A stretch of DNA of 64,000 bases from Octopus sinensis (Eukaryota): positions 16,368,001 to 16,432,000 of the forward strand of contig NC_043021.1 in assembly GCF_006345805.1 (NCBI RefSeq), in the 5' to 3' direction. Within the stretch, counting starts at the first letter, position 1, and every line of letters begins with the position of its first letter. The notes beneath the pieces were generated by a model. The model saw only the letters and a list, made by a program, of their open reading frames with translations, made no database searches and was not told the origin of the DNA. Shown piece by piece: positions 13,942 through 27,300 of this stretch. The position numbers and the translations under genes are program-made.

Positions 13942-14756
13942 TATGGTATAAAACCACTTTTTAATTTGTTTTCATTTGGCAAACTCTTTCAATGAGCCAA
14001 ATCAAAACAAATTAAAAAGGGGTTTTATACAAGAGGACAGCACTACATCATATGTGGGTAGGACGTATTTAAAATTCATAGTCTTGAAGGGTGTTAGTTG
14101 GCATGGTGGGCGGTGGGATGGACAGCCAAACATCTTTCCACAATTATGAAAGATAGTTCTGTTTATCTTATGATACAATTCAACTAGAGATATGGGGTTT
14201 AAGGCAAAAGCGTTGAGCTTATGATCGTGAGGTTGTGAGCTCGAATCCCAGACCGGGCTGCGTGTTGTGTTCTTGAGTAAGGCACTTTATTTCACGTTGC
14301 TCCAGCTCACTCAACTGTAGAAATGAGTTGCGACGTCACGGGTGCCAAGCTGTATCGACCTTTGTCTTTCCCTTGGATAACACTGGTGGCGTGGAGAGGG
14401 GAGGCCGGTATGCATGGGCGACTGCTGGTCTTCCATAAACAACCTTGCCCGGACTTGTGTCTAGGAGGGTAACTTTCTAGGTGCAATCCCATGGTCATTC
14501 ATGACCGAAGGGGGTTTTACCCTTTACATATTTATCAATTTAGGGCCCTTCCTTGACACCTTTATTATTAAGAGAATGTTTGATGGAGGTATAAAACAAA
14601 GTTATAATTAGCAAGAGAGAGAGATAATGGATAAAAAATTAAAGTGGAAAAAAGGGGTTATAATAAAAACAAGTGAGGTCATAATAAGGGAATTTGGATA
14701 ATAATAAAAATGGAACGGATAATAATTTCATATAAATCAGGAAAAATATAATATAA

Positions 14757-15153
14757 CTAGCAGTATCGCCCGGCGTTGCTCGGGTTTGTAAGGGAAATAA
14801 CTATATAAGCATTTTTAGAGATGTAAAGTATAATAGCCATCTCAATATGGCTAACCACAAAGGGGGGGTGTTACTGTAGCTTTTTACGTTCTGAGATTTA
14901 ATAATACATTTTTAGAGAGTTACTTCCCTTATATATGCCAAAAATGCATTAAAAATGGGGAAAAATTATGGTAATTTTTTTTTTTAAATCGTAGACTCAT
15001 CGTAGATGCGCGCTAATACCCAGAAGGGCTCGATATGAATCACGACTATAAGATACCCACTTTTGGTTAAACTGCACCGCAAAATGTGGGAGTAGTTAGG
15101 AATCTAAATTGTAGGAGACAGACACCCCACAACCTCACTTTTATATATATAGA
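14757..15153 (-). mobile_element. Non-autonomous Helitron, same family
   Basis: Same termini reversed. Further copies at ~19466-19707(+), 26680-27196(-) and 29882-30276(-). Confidence 0.8.
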
Positions 15154-16085
15154 TAATCTTTTCTACCATAGGCACAAGGCCTGAAATTTTGAGGGAGGGG
15201 ACTAGTTAATTACTTTAATTTTTTATCCATTATCTCTCTCTTACTAATTATCACTTTGTTTTATATCTCCATCAAACATTCTCTTAATAATAAAGGTGTC
15301 AAGGAAGGACCCTAAATTGATAAATATGTAGATAAATGTTAACCTTATCTTTCACCTTTAACCCCATATCTCTAGTTGAATTGTATCATAAGATAAACAA
15401 AACTATCTAGTGTGTAACTGGTACTCATTTCATCAACCCCAAAAGGATGAAAGGCAAAGTCAACCTTGGTAGAAATTGAACTCAGAACATAAGGATGAAT
15501 ATAATACCACTAAGCATTTTGTCATTTTGCCCAGCATGCTAATAATTGCGCCACCTCTTGGCCTTAAACTATAATATAATAATAATAAATATCAAATAAT
15601 TATAAAGGTAATTAAAATGAATTGAAAAAAATAGTAAGAAATATTACAATGGAAGTAAGATAAAAATAATGAAGAATAGCAGGATACAGCATAATAGCAG
15701 GAAGAAGGTAAATTTCCTTTAATATGAATTTTAAATACGTCCAACCCACATATGATGCAGTGCTGTCCTCTTGTATAATGATATAATGATAATAAAATAA
15801 TTGTAAAATGGTGGGATGATATAATACATGAATCCAGTCGATAAGTAAAATACAGGATGGGTAAAATACAAAAGTTAATTTTTTATTATAGATTATAAAG
15901 AGTCAGACATAGAGCAGGAACTGTATCTATAGGAGTGGCTGAGTGGTAAGTAGCTTGCTTACCAACCACATGATTCTGGATTCAATCCCACTGTGCGGCA
16001 CCTTGGGCAAGTGTCTTCTACTATGGCCTCGGGTCGATCAAAGCCGTCTGAGTGGATTTGGTAGACAGAAACTGAAAGAAGCTCG

Positions 16086-16120
<35 letters not shown>

Positions 16121-16728
16121 TATGTTTGTGTGTCTGTGTTTGTGTTTGTCCCCCACCATCAATTTACAACAGATGTTGGTGTGTTTACATCCCCGTAACT
16201 TGGCAGTTTAACTAAAGAGACAGATAGAATAAGTACTAGACTTACAAAGAATAAATCTTGGGGTCGATTTTTTGATTAAAAGCAGTGCTCTAGCATGGCC
16301 ACCAAACTTTAGTCACAATTTATGTTCTTAACACTAGCTTAATGATAAGTCATTTTTCTAAATTCTTAGTTATATTTAAAATTAATTCAAAGAAACGCAG
16401 AACATCTCAACAGAAATGTGATAGCAAAATGGTTAAGGCATTAATCCTTTTGATACCAACCAGGCTGAAACTGCCTCTGGCTCTGTAGTACAAATGTCTT
16501 GTTTTCATAAGTTTTTAATTAAAATCTTCCACGAAACCTTAGTCACAATTTATGTTCTTAGCATTAGCTTAATGATAACTAAGTTATATGTAGCAGGCAC
16601 TCTTAACCACTCCACCATATACTCGTGGGCATATGGTGTAGTGGTTAAGAGCGTGGGCTACTAACCCCAAGACTCCAAGTTCGATTCCAGGCAGTGACCT
16701 GAATAATAATAATAATAATAATAATGAA

Positions 16729-16759
<31 letters not shown>

Positions 16760-17154
16760 TTGAAAAATACCTTAGGAATGAGAACCCAGGTTCGAAATTT
16801 CCCCAAGACACCTGATGAAGGCTGGAGGGTATATCATCTTTTGGGGTGAGGGGTGTCGATAAATTAAGTACCAGTTGCATACTGGGGAGGTCAATATAAT
16901 TGACTGGCACCCTCCCAAAAAATTTCGGGCCTTGTGCCTAGAGAGGAAAAGATTCTGCGAAAAAGACTGGATTAAATGGGAAATGGAACATGGATTAATA
17001 TGGATCAACAGATGATGGATTTCAAGTTCACCCCTCGCCTTAGGATTACTTAGAGTTCTATACCATTACAAAAAGCCTGGCAGATTTGTATTAACAGAGA
17101 GCTTGTGAAGTATTTTGCTCAGATTGAAAATCCCTTACTAATACATCTTTATAT

Positions 17155-17195
<41 letters not shown>

Positions 17196-17687
17196 CATGT
17201 GTGTGTGCATATGTTTGTGTGTGAGCATATGTTTGTGTGTGTGCATATGTTTGTGTGTGTGCATATGTTTGTGTGTGTGTGTCTGTCTTTGTATGCTACC
17301 ACTTAACAACCAGTGTTGGTGTGTTTATATATATATATATATATAGTTATCCGTAATAATGAAGGGTGAAATTAATTAATTTGGAATAATTATCAATTAC
17401 ACCAAGTAGTCTTCGGCATGTAAAAGCCTCATTCGAGGAAAATTTAAGTAATACTAAGCAATAAAGGGTATAGCAACGAATTGCCTTACCACATACCGAA
17501 TTTAGAAATAGCAGTCAAAGAGTTATAGCTATTTCTTCTACTAAAAAGGGAGATCTCAGTAAAAACAGCAATTGGAAGGCAGACACAAACAGGTAGAAGA
17601 AATAGCTATATATATATATATATATATTATGAAATTTATGAAAAATAAAAGCAGGAATACAAAATATTTCATTGAAAGTTATTCTAC

Positions 17688-17792
17688 CTGTTCCAATAAT
17701 AAAGTTCTGTAACCATTTTTCTGTAGGTAGTGGGCTGTAGAAGAGCCATTTATACCAGCTCCAACAACTATAGCATCATAGACGGCAGCCAT
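17688..17792 (-). CDS. PIPOX: PIPOX paralog A, coding exon 1
   Basis: 105 bp from ATG: [35 protein letters not shown] (GxGxxG FAD-binding motif), donor GTagaa. A splice acceptor (aacAG at 17805-17806) lies 12 nt upstream of the ATG, implying a further 5' UTR exon. Confidence 0.94.
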
Positions 17793-18081
17793 ATTTCTCT
17801 GACACTGTTAGAAAAGGTATTTAGGGTAAGAAGATCATTTATTGAAATCTTTTTCCAGTGAGCAGTTTTGTTTTTGTGTTGCTTGTTAGAGAAGTACATT
17901 TGTTTTGAAAGTGAAAGAAAAGATTAAATTGAAAGGAAGATTGAGGACAGATTCCACAAAGATTAAGGGAAACCATTCACACATGAATACACACACACAA
18001 TCATTCCTACATATGCCTCTTACTATGAAAGCAAGAGAGTGGGTGGCAGCATTAACAGTCACCAATCAAATGCCATACATC

Positions 18082-18119
<38 letters not shown>

Positions 18120-18340
18120 AGTGTGTATGTATTCTTTTATTCTTTTACTTGTTTCAGTTATCTGAAACTTGTTTTTTTTTTTACTTGTTTCAGCTACCCA
18201 TTTAGTCTAGAAAATCAAACCCAGCCTAGTACTTATTCTATGGGATTCTCTTTCCAAACTGTTAAGTTACAGGGATGTAAACACGCCAGCATTGGGTGTC
18301 AAGTGATGGTGGAGAGACAAACACATGCATATGTATAATG

Positions 18341-18372
<32 letters not shown>

Positions 18373-18374
<2 letters not shown>

Positions 18375-18522
18375 AGGCGCAATGGCCCAGTGGTTAGGGC
18401 AGCGGACTCGCGGTCGTAGGATCGCGGTTTTGATTCCCAGACCGGGCGTTGTGAGTGTTTATTGAGCGAAAACACCTAAAGCTCCACGAGGCTCCGGCAG
18501 GGGATGGTGGTGATCCCTGCTG
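18373..18522 (+). mobile_element. Second tRNA-derived SINE family
   Basis: ggaggcgcaatggcccagtggttagggcagcggactc..cccagaccgggcg head. Other copies at ~12090-12200(-) and ~44755-44975(-). Confidence 0.8.
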
Positions 18523-18532
18523 TCTAAGGAAA

Positions 18533-18920
18533 AGGCGCAGGAGTGGCTGTGAGGTAAGTAGCTTGCTAACCAACCACATGGTTCCGGGTTCAGTCCCACT
18601 GTGTGGCATCTTGGGCAAGTGTCTTCTGCTATAGCCCCGGGCCGACCAATGCCTTGTGAGTAGATTTGGTAGACGGAAACTGAAAGAAGCCTGTCGTATA
18701 TATGTATATATATATGTATGTGTGTGTTTGTGTGTCTGTGTCATTGCTTGACAACCGATGTTGGTGTGTTTACGTCCCCGTCACTTAGCGGTTCGGCAAA
18801 AGGGACCAATAGAGTAAGTACTGGGCTTACAAAAAAGAATGAGTCCTGGGGTCGATTTGCTAGACTAAAGGTGGTGCTCCAGCATGGCCGCAGTCAATTG
18901 ACTGAAACAAGTAAAAGAGC
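18533..18920 (+). mobile_element. tRNA-derived SINE, major family, full length
   Basis: Head aggcgcaggagtggctgtg..ggttcagtccc (A/B-box-like), internal (TA)n(TG)n, tail gactgaaacaagtaaaagag. Other full copies at ~15930-16300, 33330-33705, 41860-42259(-), 48881-49310, 49431-49835(-), 54032-54525, 56262-56655, 58806-59187(-), 61425-61700 and 63250-63895, plus many halves. Confidence 0.88.
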
Positions 18921-19141
18921 AAAAGTATATTATATATAATTGATATAGGATAAAATTTATTTTATCAATGGCCAGCATATCAAAAAATGCCTTTAAAGGT
19001 AAAATTTATACATAATTTACAAGATAAGGGCAGAAGAAAAATTCTAATGCCAGATATGCCGAAACAAAAAAAATTGTCGATAACCATTAAATTTATGCGT
19101 CTCGAAATAAACCGATAGAAATCTCTAAAAAATTCATTATT

Positions 19142-19198
19142 ACCGTATTGGTCCAATTTCGGGGTTAATTCACAAGAAATTTTCCCCTCTTCAGCGGC
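19142..19198 (-). ncRNA. Type I hammerhead ribozyme motif (PLE-associated), intact
   Basis: gccg-CUGAAGA-GGGG(loop)CCCC-GAAAUUGGACCAAUA^cggu. Stem I gccg/cggu, 4-bp stem II, palindromic stem III AUUGG-A-CCAAU, AUA cleavage triplet. Confidence 0.78.
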
Positions 19199-19394
19199 AC
19201 ATACACGAGATATAAATGAAATACTTATTCATACCTCGGAAGAGCAAGCACAAGTCCCTAGCAGCTTAAGTTACCCAAATATATCCAAATAGACACTTCA
19301 CAGAGTGATAGAATCGGAAGTGAACACTAATCTCTCTCTAATAAACGGCAGTTTGTCTGTGCGTGTTTCTGTGTGTTGTTGCTTGTACCCTCAC

Positions 19395-19460
19395 CTGACA
19401 CGGCTTTCAACCGATTCGATGAAATGACACACACATAGCCCAATGTCATAATTCAAAACT
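19395..19460 (-). other. Candidate non-coding first exon of PIPOX-A
   Basis: Non-repetitive-looking island with a good donor CAG|GTGAGG at 19395/19394. An upstream UTR exon is required by the acceptor at 17805. The 5' boundary is unknown. Confidence 0.3.
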
Positions 19461-19754
19461 AACGCAGCAAAAATTTTGAAAAGTTCCCCCAGTCTGAAAA
19501 AAATCGATAAATTCGACATGGGGTCGAGAATCAGGAACTCAACCACAAACTGTGGTAGGGGACGCAACAACTCCACCTTTTTTAACTATCAAAAAAAAAT
19601 TACCATAATTTTTTTCCATTTTTTTGCTATTTTTTGGCTATACTCTCTAAAAATGCTTTATAGTTATTTCCCTTACAAACCTGAGCAACGCCGGGCGATA
19701 CTGCTAGTCTATTTATAATATTTTGTATTCCTGCTTTTATTTTTCATAAATTTC

Positions 19755-19788
<34 letters not shown>

Positions 19789-19850
19789 CACACCAACACT
19801 GGTTGTCAATTGGTAGCATACAAAGACAGACACAAACACACACAAACATA

Positions 19851-19886
<36 letters not shown>

Positions 19887-20117
19887 GGATAAAATTTTTT
19901 TCACAATTTAAAAAATTATATCAACTATAAATAGATTAGTGTTTCACTTCCGGAGTCTATCACTCTGTGAAAGTAACTAGTTCTGATCACACGTGTCTCG
20001 AGGTGCGCCGAAGATTTTTCTATTTGAATATATTTGGAGTACTTAAGTCTGCTCGGGACTTGGTGCTTGCTTCTTCCGAGGGTATGAATAAGTATTTCAT
20101 TTATATCTCGTGTATGT

Positions 20118-20174
20118 GCCGCTGAAGAGGAGAAAATTTCTTGTGAATTAACCCCGAAATTGGACCAATACGGT
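20118..20174 (+). ncRNA. Type I hammerhead ribozyme motif, inverted sister copy
   Basis: Same motif as 19142-19198 with one stem II mismatch (GGAG/CCCC). Confidence 0.68.
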
Positions 20175-20282
20175 AATAACGAATTGTTTAGAGATTTCTA
20201 TCAGTTTATTTTGAGACGCATAAATTTAATGGTTATCGACAATTTTTTTTTGTTTCAGCGTATCTGACATTAGAATTTTTCT

Positions 20283-20361
<79 letters not shown>

Positions 20362-20527
20362 ATACGACGGGCTTCTTTCAGTTTCCATCTACCAAATCCA
20401 CTCACAAGGCTTTGGTCAACCTGAGGCTATAGTAGAAGGCACTTGCCTAAGGTGCCACACAATAGGACTGAACTTGGAAACATGTGGTTAGTAAGCAAGC
20501 TTCTTACCACACAGCCACTCCTATGCC

Positions 20528-20560
<33 letters not shown>

Positions 20561-21292
20561 CCCAGGGAATATTTGTAAACTTGGGTTCATTATGTAGGGT
20601 TAAAAGTGTAATTTGTTGGTGGAACTAGTATGACTGCACCCATGTAAGGATCGATATAATTATTAAATTTAATGTGGCTGTTGCCAGTACCGCCTGACTG
20701 GCACGTAAAAGCACCCACTACACTCTCAGAGTGGTTGACATTAGGAAGGGCACCCTGCTGTAGAAACTCTGCTAGATCAGATTACAGTCTGGTGCAGCCA
20801 TCTAGTTCGCCAGACCTCAGTCAAATCGTCCAACCCATGATAGCATGGAAAGTGAATGTTAAACAGTAATGATGATGATGATGATATATATATATATAAA
20901 TAGGATATATACCACAGATTTTATAACTGGCCATTTTGCTTGTTGTAAATCAGTGACCGATGGTCACTTTGTTTACAATACATTGCTGGCTGGAGTGAAC
21001 CCTGGCTATTGCTCTAGCAACCAGGTACTTGCAACTGAAGATGAGCTGACCAGCTCGAAACTGAGCCAGTCTCATGAGCTTGTAGTCTGCTAGAGGATGG
21101 TAGGGGTCCGCTCCCACTGCTAGTAATATACAGGGTGCAACACTGCACCCATAACCATCTGGTGGAAGATCTGCCTGGGGTTAAACTAATAGTAGCATTG
21201 AATAGCCACTTTGATGTGGGGATTAACTTTACTTGCTAGTATAGGTACTACTCTGATCTCTTCAGATTTTACTAATAAGTATTTCACTTGTT

Positions 21293-21336
<44 letters not shown>

Positions 21337-21346
21337 ATATATTATA

Positions 21347-21382
<36 letters not shown>

Positions 21383-21544
21383 CCAATTAAGGACTATATA
21401 AATATTTAATCTTCGGATTTTTTTAATATGGTATATATAAATATTTAATCTTCGGATTTTTTTAATATGCTAGACCACTGGTTTTAATTGATAAATATTG
21501 ATTTCTACCCTTAATTAATTTTTTATATATATATATATATATAT

Positions 21545-22748
21545 ACATACAAATTGAGATAGGGGTTGTAAATGCAACTCTCCATGGGATAACATATATC
21601 CAATATACTGCTTGTGAAGTACCCAACAAAGTTAATACATAAATGTTAAGGATTGCGATGCAATCATTTCATTTACTGTATTATATGGGCAAAGGTAAAA
21701 TGACTTACCACAAATTACTAATACAAGATAAGAAAATGGAGAAATACATCTAAATCAAATATCAATTACCAGATAATACTCAATCACATACTTTATTAAA
21801 CCACCACATAAGAGACTGTAGGGTTAAACATAAAAAAGCAGAACAAATCAGTGTACATAAAGGAATGTACATAAAAAGTGTACATAAAAGAGTAATGTTG
21901 TATAATAAGTAGAATATATATAAAAAGAGAATATAAATATAAGTAAATATAAATATAAGTATAGATTATATCTTACAGCTGTTTCAGCCATGTAGATAAG
22001 TATGTCTCATTTTACCAATATTAGCCTTTTATGGTAGGTCAATATATAGATATAAATGAGACATTTACAAAAATATCATAAGGCCTCTTTGGAGATATAC
22101 ATATACATATGAGTGCATATACTCACACTCCTATACATATAAAAATATACATATACATAATGATGTAAATAAATAATATAAATTAGTAAACATATATATG
22201 TTCCACATTCAATGTTTCAGTTTTTCAACTTAATATTGTGATAATAAACATACACATATTAGTACCTAGATGCAAATATACATAGTCAATAGTACATTAT
22301 ATTACTTCCTACTAATTTCCAAAGTGTCATTAAAGTTAGCATCATTATCGTTGTCAATGCCATTAATGCTACCATTATTATCATTCATAATATTATTAAT
22401 AACGCTTACATTAGGATCCAAAGTGGCACATATGTATGTCTGGGTTCCAGTTAGTAATTTTCCTTATGACATAAATACACTATTGGATTTGAATTTAAAT
22501 TATCAGTCTTCTTCACGGTTGGTTTGCTGACTTATATTTATATTCTCTTTTTTATATATATTCTACTTATTATACAACATTACTCTTTTATGTACACTTT
22601 TTTATGTACATTCCTTTATGTACACTGATTTGTTCTGCTTTTTTATGTTTAACCCTACAGTCTCTTATGTGGTGGTTTTATAAAGTATGTGATTGAGTAT
22701 TATCTGGTAATTGATATTTGATTTAGATGTATTTTTCCATTTTCTTAT

Positions 22749-22755
<7 letters not shown>
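21545..22755 (-). mobile_element. PLE pseudo-LTR-like element with decayed hammerhead and internal inverted repeat
   Basis: Homologous to 50400-50870. Hammerhead core mutated to CCAAAGA (21970-22096). 21725-21960 is repeated in inverted orientation at 22530-22755. Confidence 0.6.
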
Positions 22756-22785
<30 letters not shown>

Positions 22786-23018
22786 TTATTTGTTTTAGTC
22801 ATTTGACTGTGGCCATGCTGGAGCACTGCCTTTTTAGTTGAACAAATCGACCCCATGACTTATTCTTTGTAAGTCTGCATAGTACTTATACTATCGGTCT
22901 CTTTTGCCGAGCCACTAAGTTACGGGGACGTAAACACACCAACATCGATTGTCAAGCAATGGTCGGGAGGCAAACAGACAGACACACACCATTTTTCATC
23001 ACAATCACCATCATCATC

Positions 23019-23068
<50 letters not shown>

Positions 23069-23844
23069 TGAGTGAGAGTGCAGCGCATGCCATCAAAATG
23101 ACACTGGGGTACAAATATACGAAGCGGAATATACCCATCATGAACACCAGCCTAATAACGGTACACTAGGTACATGCATCACAGTCATAGGTATGAGACA
23201 TGGTGATCTCATATGAAGATAAACAGTGCATGACCTTGCAGGTGGAGCCCAGTTAGAATTTTCTTCAGGTTGAGTAGCCTATCCCCCTCAAAAGATCCTT
23301 GGATAAGTGTTGTTTAAGAATGTTGAACAAAGCACCCATGTTTCCAAAGGTGAATTATTCAAACCCCAATGAATACCTCTCAACACATGGCTATGATGCT
23401 CCCCTGCTACTTCTGCTTGTGATCAGAGATGCACATATCGTTAGCCACTAAGGGACATGCTCAACTGGTTAAGGTCAAACAACTGATTAGCAAATCTGTG
23501 GTAATGAGCAGAATATTTGCTGTAGCCCATCTTTTATTATTATTATTATCATCATCATCATCATTATTATTATTATTATTATTATTAAGGTGGTGAGCTG
23601 GCAGAATCATTAGCATGCCAGGCGAAATGCTTAGTGGTGTTTCGTCTGATGCTATTTTCTGAGTTAAAATTCCGCTGGGGTTGACTTTGCTTTCATCCTT
23701 TTGGAGTCGATAAATTTAGTACCAGTTATGCACTGGGTTGATGTAATCAACTAGCCCCTCCCCCAAAATTTCAGGCCTTGTGCCTGTAGTAGAAAGGATT
23801 ATTATTGTTATTATTATTGTACTAAAATCATTGGATCATTGCGC

Positions 23845-23856
23845 CTCCATATATAC

Positions 23857-23928
<72 letters not shown>

Positions 23929-23934
23929 GTGTGT

Positions 23935-23976
<42 letters not shown>

Positions 23977-24353
23977 ATGTGTATATATATATATATATAT
24001 ATAATATATATATATGTAGATATATATATATATATATATATGTAGATATATATATATATATGTACATATATATATATATATTATATACATACATATATAT
24101 ATATATATATACATACATACATACATATACATACATACATATACATACATACATACATATATATATATATACATACATACATATATATATACATACATAC
24201 ATACATATATACATATATATACATACATACATGCATATATATATATACATTCATACATACATATATATATATACATACATACATACACATATATATATAT
24301 ATACATACATACATATATATATACATACATTATATATATACATATATATATAT

Positions 24354-24410
<57 letters not shown>

Positions 24411-24435
24411 TATATATACATACATACATATAAAT
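23845..24435. repeat. Long (TA)n/(CATA)n microsatellite field (representative)
   Basis: Simple repeats only. Similar fields at 464-524, 5540-5815, 11110-11350, 39880-40230, 43275-43455 and 63315-63665. Confidence 0.95.
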
Positions 24436-24439
24436 ATAT

Positions 24440-24960
24440 ACTCTAACCCTAACTTGTATGTATGGATGACTGAAATTTTACTTAACTTGATGCATCTTTG
24501 CAAGTTCTGCAAATCACCACAAGTCTCGGTCCTTTGTCATTTCTTCAGTAAGGCACAGTGTCTGAAAATTCTTTCTCATCGCTTTGTCCCACATCTTCTT
24601 GGGTCTACCCCTTCCACATGTTCCCTCCACAATTAGAGACCAGCACCTCTTGATGCAATTGTCTTCATTGATATGCATCACATGACCATACCAGCACAGT
24701 CTTCTCTCTTGCACGCAACATCTGATGCTTCGAATACCCAGTTTTTCTCTCAAATCACTAACACTGTATCATATATGCACACAGACATTACCCATCCAGC
24801 AGAACATACTGGCTTCATTTCTTTCAAGCCTTCGCAGCATATCCTTAGTAGTCACAGCCCATGTCTCACTGTCACCTGGCATAGCTGTACATACACAGGC
24901 ATCATACAATCTGCCTTTTACTCTGAGAAAATTGCCCTTAGTTACTCTTAGTCCTTAATT
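24440..24960 (-). mobile_element. RTE-clade LINE 3' fragment
   Basis: [50 protein letters not shown]. Further pieces at ~40330-40500(+) and ~50940-51010(-). Confidence 0.82.
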
Positions 24961-25286
24961 TAAAATTTTGATGGCAGGTTTTCATTTCGATCACTTTAAA
25001 CCAGGAAGTCTGTATCATCAGACCAGGAGCATCTCAGATGGTTTCGTATGAAAAGGGTTACTCTCTTTTACTCTCTTTTACTTGTTTCAGTCATTTGACT
25101 GTGGCCATGCTGGAGCACCGCCTTTAGTCAAACAAATCGACCCCGGGACTTATTCTTTGTAAGCCTAGTACTTATTCTATGGGTCTCTTTTGCTGAACCG
25201 CTAAGTTACGGGGACATAAACACACCAGCATTGGTTGTCAAGTGATGTTGGGGGGACAAACACAGACACACAAACATACACACACA

Positions 25287-25327
<41 letters not shown>

Positions 25328-27300
25328 AAATTAATCAAAGGACATACTAGGTATGTCAACATGCTTGAAATAACAGTCAAAACTCTTATTAAATCACCAA
25401 AAATACACCGATGAAAACTACAGAAATCAAACGAAGGCAAAATCAGGTTAAGACAATCTACTAACATACATTTAAGTATTTGGACTCATGTGGATCGATT
25501 GTTACATTGGATAATAATAGAATTAATGACACCTTCGTAAATTTATATATATATATATTGTCCATGTCTGTAATTATTTTTACTGTTTACCTATATAATT
25601 GGCGGCTACGTATCCACAATTGTCCTTATACGATAAGTATATTTTTTCTCTAGCATTGATACGACTCTTAATCTGTCTCTTTCTCTCTCTCTCTCTCCTC
25701 CCTTATTCCCCTTCCTTTCTTTCCCTCTCCATCCGTTCCCCCCCCTTCTACGTTTCTCTATCTCTCTCACCCCCAGCCCCCTCGATCTGTCTCTTTCTTC
25801 TCCTCCCTCGTCCACCTTCTCTCTCTTTTCATCTGTCCCTTTCTCCTGTCTTTTGTTCTCACGTGACCGCTAGCCACTGTTGAGTGCTCTTTTCGTTCCA
25901 GCAGTCGCCGAAGCAACACGTATTTGTTCGTCTCCCTGCGGCCATTAGGCACAACTTCATAAGCCAGCCCCAAACTCAACTCGTCCTGTCGAAAGACCCT
26001 TGTCTTACGTCCTGGTTTTGTTTTGTTTTTTATTTTTTATTTTTTTTTTGTTTTTTATTTATTTTTTTTTTAATTTTTACCGTTATTGTTTTTACGTTTT
26101 TGTATTCTTATTGGTGTCACGTATTCTGTATTTTTGTTCGTGTACTTCGTTCGTTTTCCGTCCTCGTGTTGTATACATTCGAAGCTTTCTTCCAAGGGAT
26201 CTAATGCGCTTGGCTTAGATTTCCCATGGCGGGCTGCCCATATCGGAGCAATCTCAAGATTAATCAGCCGAAATTGCTAAGATGATCTGGTTCTTGACTG
26301 ATGACTGAGGGCTTCGAATGTCCCGTCCTGTGGTTCTTGTGTCGTCTCTGTGGTGTTTCATGTTCTTGTCCATGTCTGTAATTATTTTTACTGTTTACCT
26401 ATATATATATATATATATATGTACATATATATGACAGGCTTCTTTCAGTTTCCGTCTACCAAATCCACTCACAAGGCTTAAAGAAATTTAAGGCTATAGT
26501 AGAAGACACTTGCCCAAGGTACCACGCAGTGGGACAGAAACCGGAACTATGTGGTTCACAAGCAAGCTACTTACCACACAGCCACTTCTGTGCCTAATGT
26601 TTTTATTATAATATTTCTACTGAAATACACAGACTTTGACTGAACAAATTTTGAAAATAATGATGGACTTATTAAACAACTAGCAGTATCACCCGGCGTT
26701 GCTCGGGTTTGTAAGGGAAATAACTATATAAGCATTTTTAGAGAGTTACTTCCCTTATAGATGCCAATTCGAGCTTTCTTAGCCATTTCTGTTTTGGTGT
26801 CTTCAAGCCATGAAGTCGTTGTTCTAAAAGAACGCTGGTCTCCTTGACAACGCTTTACGACGTTGATTTCCTTACACTCCCTTCCTCACAGCTTCACGAG
26901 GGAGGGAAGAAGGGGGAGAAGCAAACAGGTGCAGGTGTGACCGTGGACGCCAACTCCGCCGCCATCGACACACGAAAAATTATGCATTAAAATGGAATAA
27001 AAAATTATGTTAAATTATTTTTAAAATCGTAGATTCATCGTAGACGCGCGCTAATACTCAGACGGGCTCAATATGAATCACGACTATAAGATACCCGAAT
27101 TTGGTTAAACTGCACCGCAAAATGTGGGAGTAGTTAGGAATCTAAATCGGAGTAGACAGACACTCACACAACTACAGTTTTATATATATATATAGATATT
27201 GTCATTATTAGTTTGATATTTGGAATAAATATTAGCAAAAAATTTTGATACAGCTTTAATTTGGATCACTTTAAAACATGGAAGTTTTTTTTTTATTTTA

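Noticed and set aside
18373-18450. tRNA-like heads here and at 12130-12200, 14215-14260, 16625-16700 and 44900-44975
   Set aside because: They continue directly into SINE bodies and lack a clean cloverleaf, so they are SINE heads rather than tRNA genes.
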